Assembly (NCBI GenBank): GCA_963790475.1
Contig: CAWBOS010000019.1
Span: 1 to 31,906 of the forward strand
Origin: an uncultured delta proteobacterium
GTDB lineage: Bacteria > Desulfobacterota > RBG-13-43-22
Reading direction: 5' to 3'
DNA length: 31,906 nucleotides
The notes below the pieces were generated by a model. The model did not search any database. It had not been told where the DNA came from and saw nothing but the letters and a program-made list of their open reading frames with translations. Made by a program: the position numbers and the translations under genes. Of this stretch, positions 18,801 through 25,304 are shown piece by piece; positions within the stretch are counted from its first letter, which is position 1; each line of letters starts with the position of its first letter.

Positions 18801-19224
18801 GTCAAGCTCACGGGAAACCATCCTCGATCTAAAGCCAGAACAAATGCATCCAATGCATTGCTTTCTTATCAGCAGCACGTTCTTCTTTTACTATCAAGCT
18901 ACCTCGAATTGCCGGGACCTCAATCCTTCTGACATCTATTTTGCTCCAGAACCCGATTGGTCATCGAGCATAAAGGAACTCAAGGAGCTTAGCCAAGCAG
19001 TCGAAAAGGATTACACTTCTAAGGCGAAAATCCTGAAAATGCACAACAAGTTGACGGGCCTTGTTGAGGTGGAATCCTTGACGCCATCCGTCTCCAAGTC
19101 CATCATCGACGAAATTGACCGCGTCCTTGCCCGGCACTATGGCTTTACCGAGGAGGAACTGGACTTCATTATTAACTACGACATCAAGTATCGCATGAGG
19201 CGGGAGACAGACGAGGAGGAATGA
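15805..19224 (+). CDS. Large gamma-class N6-adenine DNA methyltransferase (Eco57I/Type IIG-like M-TRD architecture)
   Basis: Motif X GAYYT, motif I ILDPTCGSGAFL, LYGVDI, NIRAGNTL, and motif IV IIGNPPY. A TRD-sized region follows, then the helical tail. TTG start. Confidence 0.92.
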   Translation: MNLNKDRLRSLLKGYDFQPLFIEELGWDYFHSSIDVPVEGKTFPLEGIAQKRGLAVFVLTLPSDLPFPNYPTRRKIETKLAKSIHEHLIIFIDIIRSIQIWQWVKREPGKPASCREHTFHRNQSGDALIQKLESITFTLDEEERLTLPDVTGRARAAFDVERVTKRFYDRFQKEHAQFFKFITGITDQEDHEWYASVMLNRLMFVYFIQRKGFLDGDPDYLRNRLNRMRAEHGEGKFYSFYRYFLLRLFHEGLGGRSRSKELEKLIGKIPYLDGGIFDIHELERPDRYGKDIHIPDEAFEHIFDFFDQYQWHLDERPLRADNEINPDVLGYIFEKYINQKQMGAYYTKEDITGYISKNTVIPFLFDTARAKCKVAFEKSGSAASTENPTVWDLLRADPDRYIYKAIRHGLTWNYQPNHPNQGAPLDQPYELPEDIATGLNPSTLHQPVGEVASVNDIETIRLRKNWNKAAPPEYALPTETWREVIARRKRYDEIKTKLAAGEVHEIDDHITYNLDIRQFAQDVIENCEGPDLLRAIWQSLEKISILDPTCGSGAFLFAALNILEPLYEACLCRMEAFIEDLERSGEKHRPEKFSDFRKLLAKVAAHPNRPYFIFKSIILNNLYGVDIMEEAVEICKLRLFLKLAAQVDPDPAKPNLGIEPLPDIDFNIRAGNTLVGYARYEDVLKSAEGDWVRLNEIEQVKVAAADLQQTFDSFRARQVEGDGSVPHEHKQELRKRLAALNEELNRYLAGEYGISKENITNKKKYQDAYAKWLKSHQPFHWFVEIYGIIQGRGGFDVIIGNPPYVEYRKVVKQYTLPSEFDKYCANLYSACSYRGHLLKKPSGYLSFIVPVSLGSTDRMHDLREIISKGHKIHHVSFSTRPSKLFEGAEQRLTIYIQSPAQNPTVYSGGYLKWTKEERPYLFALVHYTCLEPLAKRKSLWPKVNGQFERRIFQKMLHNKKIDSDVLGIGAKLYYKNTGIRNFNTVTLRPPKCWINNTPTSSSRETILDLKPEQMHPMHCFLISSTFFFYYQATSNCRDLNPSDIYFAPEPDWSSSIKELKELSQAVEKDYTSKAKILKMHNKLTGLVEVESLTPSVSKSIIDEIDRVLARHYGFTEEELDFIINYDIKYRMRRETDEEE
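19121..19206 (+). repeat. Direct repeat copy 1 (3' tail of the methyltransferase gene)
   Basis: 74/86 nt identical, ungapped, to 21301-21386. Confidence 0.95.
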
Positions 19225-19230
19225 CATATG

Positions 19231-19349
19231 CTTGAATTTCAAATAGTTCGACTCAAGATAATTTTCCCTGCACAACTTATCCCTATCGGAAACAAAAAAG
19301 ATTTTAAGTTGGCGGCCACAAAGCAAAACGTTAAAATGTGAAATTCAAG
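19231..19349. repeat. 119-bp segment bounded by inverted repeats
   Basis: cttgaatttca (19231) and tgaaattcaag (19339): 11 bp perfect, 13/14 when extended inward. Confidence 0.5.
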
Positions 19350-19362
19350 AGGTTAAAAAACC

Positions 19363-19995
19363 ATGGATTATGTGCAAATAAAAAGTATTGTAGAAGAGGC
19401 GGTCAAAAATGCAGGTCAATTTAAGTGGTGGCTTTATCTTTTAATCCTTGTAATAGCAGCTTCGGGTTCGTTCTTGGGCTCATACTTGAAAAAAAAAGCT
19501 GAAAATTTAGCCACCAAAGAGGACATAGAGGATATAACTAAAAAAATTGAAGAAATCCGGTCGGGATACAATGCACAAATCGAATTCTTAAAGGCATCCC
19601 TTCAACTATCAAATCAACTAAAATTAGCCGCACTTGATAAACGGCTCCAAAAACATCAGGAGGCATATTCACTTTGGAGAAAATTACTTTTTAGCTTAAA
19701 CCATAAAGAAAAGATCATACCTGCAATCATAGAATGTGAAAACTGGTGGGATGAAAACTGTTTATATCTCGGGCATGAGGCAAGATCGGCATGTAAAAAA
19801 GCAATATTTGAGGCTGTTATTTTTAAGGATCTTGCTGAAGGTGAACCAATAAGAAAAAGTCAAAATATAGTTGAAGATGCCGGTAAAAAGATTGTCGATG
19901 GTGTCAATTTGATCTATTTGGGTAAAGAAGGTAAGGAACCGTCGGAATATGAAATAGTTAACTATACAATGGATCCAACGCTCGGACCGATTTGA
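19363..19995 (+). CDS. Hypothetical membrane-anchored coiled-coil protein (AT-rich cargo)
   Basis: RBS gagg, one transmembrane helix, then KKAENLATKEDIEDITKKIEEI. Confidence 0.75.
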   Translation: MDYVQIKSIVEEAVKNAGQFKWWLYLLILVIAASGSFLGSYLKKKAENLATKEDIEDITKKIEEIRSGYNAQIEFLKASLQLSNQLKLAALDKRLQKHQEAYSLWRKLLFSLNHKEKIIPAIIECENWWDENCLYLGHEARSACKKAIFEAVIFKDLAEGEPIRKSQNIVEDAGKKIVDGVNLIYLGKEGKEPSEYEIVNYTMDPTLGPI

Positions 19996-20049
19996 ATGTT
20001 GGGAATATGAATCAATTTTCTCATCACTTCAATTCAAAAAATAGGAGAA

Positions 20050-20358
20050 ATGCTAGCCATGGCAATGATTTATTATTTCAAAGACGGGCCACGTCCAGGA
20101 AACTCCGGTCCTGGTTATAAGGTGTCTCTGCAGGACCTGGAAACAAAGATAGGAAATCAACGGATTAAATATCTTGACCCAGCGCTACCAGAAATTAATA
20201 AGGATAATCCTTCGATGAATCCATGTTGGGTAGTTGTAGAAATTGAGTCCGGAGACCGATTTGGCCGCTTTTTCGATAAAATAGGCTTTTATATTGTTTT
20301 GGATTTGACTCCTGAGAAAGCACACAGAAAATTATTTAAAATGCCCAATGCGTCTTAA
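20050..20358 (+). CDS. Hypothetical protein (AT-rich cargo)
   Basis: RBS aggag and a 102-aa ORF co-oriented with the island. No recognised motif. Confidence 0.6.
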   Translation: MLAMAMIYYFKDGPRPGNSGPGYKVSLQDLETKIGNQRIKYLDPALPEINKDNPSMNPCWVVVEIESGDRFGRFFDKIGFYIVLDLTPEKAHRKLFKMPNAS

Positions 20359-20476
20359 GATGTTAAGTCTAAAAACCAAAATTTTCCAAAATCCCCCGGT
20401 AGAACGGCAGTGGCTGAGAGAAAATAAATCTGACATGATTTAAATAAAGAAACCCAAAAACGTTCGAGAGCATTTT

Positions 20477-21280
20477 ATGGAATTTTTAATACCACTAAAA
20501 GACATCGTAATAGAGCCAGGGAAACGGCTTGATGTATCTGCCGGTTCCGAAGAAGAGGTTGTCGCCTTAATCAAAAAGACCTATGGCTTCATCGCTGAAG
20601 CGATGGAGATATCCGTTCAGGACGGTTTGGTCCGGATTAAATTCAAAGACGCCACTCCGGAGAAGATCAATGAAGCCCTGGCCAAATTGAAGAAGGCGGT
20701 CAAGGAAGGGCAAGAGGGCAGACTCCTGAAGGCCCTGAAATTGTTCCAGGAGGTTCTGGCCGTTATCCCCGAGCACGTAGACGCCAGACGGAATCTGGCC
20801 AAGACGTACCTGGAGTTGGGAAATTTGGATAAGGCCAAGAAACATTTGAACGAATGCATTCAAATAAATCCCAAGGATTTCTGGTCCTATATCATGCTGG
20901 GGAATATCTATGCCCGGAACGAACGCAACCTGGACGTGGCCGAGTTTTATTATGAAAAAGGCATTGAGATCAATCCGGATGACGCAATGGTACTGAACAA
21001 TTATGCCAACCTGATGATGGAGAAGGGCAATTTCGCCAAGGCGGAGGAAAATTTCAAGAAGTCTTTGAAATTGAATGCCGGTTATCCTCATACCTACTTT
21101 GGCTTGGCCCTTCTTTACCGGATGGCCGGCCATCCGGAGGAAAGCCTCCAAGTTTTAGAAAGGCTGTTATCCACCCTGCCCAATGTTCAGGGTATCGAAT
21201 CTTCCCAAGTTTATAAAGAGGCCAAGGATCTCTACCGGGAAATAAAGAAGGAAATTAACTCAAAGGATACGGTCCATTAA
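20477..21280 (+). CDS. Tetratricopeptide-repeat protein with a small N-terminal alpha/beta domain
   Basis: About five TPR units (ARRNLAKTYLELGNLDKAKKHL, SYIMLGNIY, VLNNYANLMMEKGNFAKAEENF, TYFGLALLY). Confidence 0.88.
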   Translation: MEFLIPLKDIVIEPGKRLDVSAGSEEEVVALIKKTYGFIAEAMEISVQDGLVRIKFKDATPEKINEALAKLKKAVKEGQEGRLLKALKLFQEVLAVIPEHVDARRNLAKTYLELGNLDKAKKHLNECIQINPKDFWSYIMLGNIYARNERNLDVAEFYYEKGIEINPDDAMVLNNYANLMMEKGNFAKAEENFKKSLKLNAGYPHTYFGLALLYRMAGHPEESLQVLERLLSTLPNVQGIESSQVYKEAKDLYREIKKEINSKDTVH

Positions 21281-21300
21281 GAGGCACATTGAACTGTATT

Positions 21301-21410
21301 GCGTCCTCGCCCGGTACTACGGTTTCACCGAGGAGGAACTGGACTTCATCATCAATTACGACATCAAATACCGTATGGGGCGGGAGGCTGAAAAAGAGGA
21401 AGATGAATAA
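21301..21410 (+). pseudogene. Orphan 3' tail of a second, diverged methyltransferase allele (direct repeat copy 2)
   Basis: 21303-21410 encodes VLARYYGFTEEELDFIINYDIKYRMGREAEKEEDE*, against VLARHYGFTEEELDFIINYDIKYRMRRETDEEE* in the intact gene. No in-frame ATG upstream. Confidence 0.92.
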
Positions 21411-21480
21411 AAAGCCAAGGTATTTCTCGAAGGCATTATGGGGGAGAATTCGGATTCAAACCCCATAAAATTCCTTTGGA

Positions 21481-21509
21481 TTGACGAGCATCGACTTCGA
21501 TCGTATAAT
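21481..21509 (+). promoter_or_regulatory. Sigma-70 promoter for the UPF0175-like gene, with a palindrome in the spacer
   Basis: TTGACG-17 bp-TATAAT; the spacer contains atcga-ct-tcgat. Confidence 0.75.
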
Positions 21510-21543
21510 AATAAAAAAGGGCTTTTTAAAAAGGAGGGCTATT

Positions 21544-21840
21544 ATGTGGCAGTTAAAACAACTTGAAAAACTGCGGGAGATTGAACCCGATGTCGTTGAT
21601 GGAGCCATTCAAATGCTTTTAGAAAGGGAAATTGCCCTGAAAGAAAAGCTGATTATCGGCGCCTACATGGACGGTGACATTAATTTCGGCAAGACCGCGG
21701 AGTTATTAAACATTCATCCCGTAAAATTGAGAGAGCTTTTTTTATCCAGAGGGATTCCGATAAAAATGGGGGTTTCTTCGGAAGAGGAGATACAGGCCGA
21801 AGCCTTCTCCGCCCGGAAAATGCAGGATAACGGCCAATGA
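21544..21840 (+). CDS. UPF0175-family putative antitoxin
   Basis: RBS AAGGAGG and ATG at 21544. AYMDGDINFGKTAELLNIHPVKLRELFLSRGI is an HTH-like pattern. Confidence 0.75.
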   Translation: MWQLKQLEKLREIEPDVVDGAIQMLLEREIALKEKLIIGAYMDGDINFGKTAELLNIHPVKLRELFLSRGIPIKMGVSSEEEIQAEAFSARKMQDNGQ

Positions 21841-21893
21841 TATTCTTTGATTTATAAACTAATTCGCATGCCAAGGTCGGAAAGGAGGTTTAA

Positions 21894-22097
21894 ATGGAAA
21901 CTTATGAATATGTGGCTGAAGTTTTATCTGATGGACATCTTTCTGTCCCGGAGAAGTTAAAAGAAAAATTGCGCAAAAAGACCAAAGTGAAAGTCATGAT
22001 TTTGATTGGGGATCAAGAATCAGATTGGAATAATTTTACGATGTCCCAGTTCTTAAAGGGGTATTCGGAGAAGGACGTCATCTATGACGACCTATAA
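21894..22097 (+). CDS. Putative antitoxin (AbrB-like N-terminus, acidic tail)
   Basis: RBS AAGGAGG, AEVLSDGHLSVPE...KVKVMIL and GYSEKDVIYDDL. Overlaps the toxin start. Confidence 0.75.
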   Translation: METYEYVAEVLSDGHLSVPEKLKEKLRKKTKVKVMILIGDQESDWNNFTMSQFLKGYSEKDVIYDDL

Positions 22098-22407
22098 TTT
22101 TGGAGATATAATTTTTGTTGGATTTCCTCATTCAGACTTGGAAGGTATAACCAAAAGACCGGCAGTAGTTCTATATGATTCCGGGGACCAGGACGTCCTT
22201 GTCGCCAGGGTAACAACGCAGGACTATAATTCTGAAACGGATTATAAAATATCCGATTGGGAAAAATGTGGATTGCTTGCAGCCTCGACTGTTAGATTGA
22301 GCAAACAAGCAACCATTGAAAAACGATTTATATTGAGGGAGTTGGGAACATTAGGAAATGCCGAAATATTCGAATTGAAATCTATCTTGAAAAAAATATT
22401 TTCGTGA
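22084..22407 (+). CDS. PemK/MazF-family toxin
   Basis: FGDIIFVGFPHSD...KRPAVVL...VARVTT...GLLAASTVRLSK...LGTL. Confidence 0.85.
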   Translation: MTTYNFGDIIFVGFPHSDLEGITKRPAVVLYDSGDQDVLVARVTTQDYNSETDYKISDWEKCGLLAASTVRLSKQATIEKRFILRELGTLGNAEIFELKSILKKIFS

Positions 22408-22549
22408 TAGATGAAATATTTAGCACTTTCAGAGGAGGAGTAACAAATTCTGAGTAAACCCGCCAGGAGGCTCCACCAGCAATTTTATATCGTATATCCC
22501 GAGATTTGACAATCAATAATAACCAAATCTGAAAGGGAAATCTCCGAAT

Positions 22550-23116
22550 ATGGATAAAAGAACGAACCAGCCTCACATGGCATTGCTTCTTACCCTAAGC
22601 CATTGTGCCTATCCGGCCAACCTCCTTGACCGCTTTAAGGAAAAGGCACCGGAGAAATTGGCGGCCATCGGTCCTATCGAGCACCTTGCCAACCGAAAAA
22701 CGGCCCTATTTTGTTCGGCCCAAACACCGGGAGAGGCCATCCTGCGGGCCCATGATATGGCCCGGCGCCTGCGCGATGAGGGAACAACAGTCATCAGCGG
22801 CTTTCATTCCCCTATCGAAAAAGAATGCCTGAGTATACTCCTCCGCGGCAAGCAGCCCATCATCATCTGCCCCGCTCGGGCCATTGAAGGAATGCGTATC
22901 CCCGCTGAATGTCGTCCGGCCTTCGATGCTGGAAGGATTCTATACCTCTCCCCATTTGTTGAAAAACCGAGGCGAGTGGACCGTGACTCCGCCCTATACC
23001 GCAATGAGATAGTGGCCGCCCTGGCCGATTCCGTTTATCTTGCCCATGTGCAACCCGGTGGGGATACTGATCGCATTGCCTTGTTCCTCAAAAAATGGGG
23101 TATTCAAAGCTTGTAG
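22550..23116 (+). CDS. Short SMF/DprA-like SLOG-fold protein
   Basis: YPANL...IG...ALFCS...VISGFHSPIEKECL...YLSPF...RNEIVAALAD mirrors the DprA Rossmann core. It lacks SAM and winged-helix domains. The start may be ATG 22577. Confidence 0.78.
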   Translation: MDKRTNQPHMALLLTLSHCAYPANLLDRFKEKAPEKLAAIGPIEHLANRKTALFCSAQTPGEAILRAHDMARRLRDEGTTVISGFHSPIEKECLSILLRGKQPIIICPARAIEGMRIPAECRPAFDAGRILYLSPFVEKPRRVDRDSALYRNEIVAALADSVYLAHVQPGGDTDRIALFLKKWGIQSL

Positions 23117-23215
23117 CTTCGGTAGTCGGCCAACAGACCAGTATCTTACGCATTCTTAATTTTTTTTTCAGATCAGCCAATAATTTGTTGTCTCCGGTCT
23201 TACCTCATTCCCCAG

Positions 23216-24442
23216 CTATTCTTTCACCCCCGAAATACTTTCCAATGGATGACTGGCCCTTTCCAGCTTTTTTACCGTTGGGATCACATATTCCGGCACA
23301 GGTTTCAGGGTAATGGCCTTGTCTTTATCGCAAGCCACATAGCAAAGGCCGCAGCCTATGCAGCGTATCGGTTCAAAAGCCCGGGTTTTATTTTTGGTAT
23401 CCACGGTCCAGGCCCCCATGGGGCAGGCCTTGGCGCATTTTCCGCAATAGGAGCATTTGGCGGCATCCACTTCCGGCATGAAATGGGGAGGAGCTATACG
23501 TCCCGGTGCATTGAATTCGCTGATGGACCGCATCATCATGCAGCAGCATCCACAGCAGGAACAGCTCGTATTGGATCCGGCGATTTCATATCCCATGGTC
23601 CAGCTCACCAGCCCGCTGGCCTCGGCTTCGGCCTTTATTTCCAGGGCGTCTCTTAGGGTGATACGCCGCATAAGTCCGGCTTCGCTTTCCCGCACTGCCA
23701 AAGGTCCCATGGTAACGCAGTTTTCCATGGGCCGGCCGCAATATTGACCGATGATCTGGGCGCCCATCCGGCACTGGCAAAGTCCTACGGCAAAATCCTG
23801 ATACTGGTCGAAGATCTCCCCCAATTGATCCGTTGGCAAGGCCATGGGATTATACTCCAGGCTTTGGCCCACTGGTAGATAGCGGATCCCGGGCGGGCGT
23901 TTCCCCACATTAAGGGTGGTAAACCCGGTTTCATAGAGGGGCAGAAAGAGTTCCACAAATTTTTTGTGCCAATCCGTCAGAGTATCCAGGGAAGTTCTTA
24001 CCAGAATGGTTTCCCAGGCCCCCGGGATCAGGGGCTGGAGAAAATATTTCCGGTTGTCACTTTTCTTCGAAGCCAGGATGATCCGTTTTTCATCGGCCAG
24101 ACTATCCATGATGCGGCTTACCTCTTCCGGAGTTCGGTGTTCGGCTTCTGCGATCTCCCGGGCTGTCTTACCGGTCTTAGCCCCTTTCAGATGCCTAACG
24201 AACCCGGCTTCTTCCTCGGTCAGCAGGTGCTTCAGCACCGCGACATACTGGTCGCAGAGAGGGGGACCGCCGAACCGCGGCCCCCACATCTCGGCCACTT
24301 CCAAATAGACTTTCGGAAGGCCGGGATAGTCCTCCGGCGAGCGTTCTCTGATGGCCACCGGACGGGGCTTCACCGGTCCGATCACCCCGTTATTAATTTG
24401 GATAAGACGATTGCCCTTGGTGTTGCGGTTTTCCATTCCCAT
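23216..24442 (-). CDS. 4Fe-4S dicluster domain protein with N-terminal HTH-like region
   Basis: CQCR, CSCCGCCC, CSYCGKCAKACP, CIGCGLCYVAC. RBS aggagg. Confidence 0.88.
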   Translation of the reverse strand: MGMENRNTKGNRLIQINNGVIGPVKPRPVAIRERSPEDYPGLPKVYLEVAEMWGPRFGGPPLCDQYVAVLKHLLTEEEAGFVRHLKGAKTGKTAREIAEAEHRTPEEVSRIMDSLADEKRIILASKKSDNRKYFLQPLIPGAWETILVRTSLDTLTDWHKKFVELFLPLYETGFTTLNVGKRPPGIRYLPVGQSLEYNPMALPTDQLGEIFDQYQDFAVGLCQCRMGAQIIGQYCGRPMENCVTMGPLAVRESEAGLMRRITLRDALEIKAEAEASGLVSWTMGYEIAGSNTSCSCCGCCCMMMRSISEFNAPGRIAPPHFMPEVDAAKCSYCGKCAKACPMGAWTVDTKNKTRAFEPIRCIGCGLCYVACDKDKAITLKPVPEYVIPTVKKLERASHPLESISGVKE

Positions 24443-24607
24443 CCTCCTAAATAGTTATAAGATTATAATCTAATAATGAAATGGGGCTATTTTAGCGATT
24501 CCTTTGATCCATGGCAAGATAAAACATTTTCTTGATCGGCCATTCCGCCTGTTTGCCCTATTATATTGGACGACATAATTTTTTACTACAATCGAATACC
24601 TATTTCC

Positions 24608-24700
24608 CGTCATGCCGGACCTGATAAGCCTGCCCCGTACTTGATACGGGGGCATCCAGGGACTTTTAAGAACTGGATTCCGGCTTTCGCCGGAATGACG
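24608..24700. repeat. Palindromic REP/MITE-like element with a nested hairpin
   Basis: Reads cgtcatgccgg...ggcatcca...tggattccggctttcgccggaatgacg, with internal cccgta-cttga-tacggg. Confidence 0.75.
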
Positions 24701-24801
24701 AGATAGGCACTTATTTTTATCGCAATGGGATGTAAGTATATAAAAATAATCCTGATAGGAAGCGAACGGACTTGCCTACACAGGACGGCTTTAAATAATA
24801 T

Positions 24802-24841
24802 TTGACAAATAAGCCCGTCTCAATTAAGTTCGTATACGAAC
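24802..24841 (+). promoter_or_regulatory. marR promoter and putative operator
   Basis: TTGACA-17 bp-TAAGTT. A perfect 14-bp palindrome GTTCGTATACGAAC (24828-24841) overlaps -10/+1. Confidence 0.7.
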
Positions 24842-24849
24842 GGTTAATC

Positions 24850-25275
24850 ATGGCTAAAAAACATAAAATAAATTCGGATTGTTATATTTTTCTCCTTTCC
24901 AGGGCCAGCCAGAAAGGCCATCAACTGGTTCAAAAGCGTCTGGAACCTTATGAGATCACCAACATCCAATATGTGGTACTGGAAATGCTCTGGAATCAGG
25001 ATGGTCTCACGGCGGTGGAACTGGGCAGGCGGCTGATCATCGACAAGGCCACCTTGTCCGGGATATTGGACCGAATGGTTCACGGCGGGTGGGTGATTAA
25101 AAGTCCGGGAGAAAGGGATAAAAGAATAATCCGGCTGTTTCCGTCCGAAAAGGCCCGGACCTTGAAGAAGAAGCTGATCAAGGAACGGGAAAAGGCCAAT
25201 GAAGAGCTTTTGGCCGGTTTCAACAAAGATGAGAAGGTATTATTAAAAAAGCTTCTCTTGGAAATATTATTGTAA
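24850..25275 (+). CDS. MarR-family transcriptional regulator
   Basis: ITNIQYVVLEMLWNQDGLTAVELGRRLIIDKATLSGILDRM...DKR. Start at ATG 24850, because the track's TTG start is the -35 box. Confidence 0.92.
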   Translation: MAKKHKINSDCYIFLLSRASQKGHQLVQKRLEPYEITNIQYVVLEMLWNQDGLTAVELGRRLIIDKATLSGILDRMVHGGWVIKSPGERDKRIIRLFPSEKARTLKKKLIKEREKANEELLAGFNKDEKVLLKKLLLEILL

Positions 25276-25304
25276 AACCAAAACCAAAATTAAGGGAGCT
25301 CGCC

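Noticed and set aside
12033-19224. Calling the locus DISARM, BREX or Type I/III R-M
   Set aside because: No DrmA/DrmB (DUF1998), PglZ/BrxC or HsdS, and no beta-class Mod gene, in the window.
19225-22550. Integron cassette array
   Set aside because: The genes are small, co-oriented and include TA modules, but I found no repeated attC sites (RYYYAAC...GTTRRRY) and no integrase.
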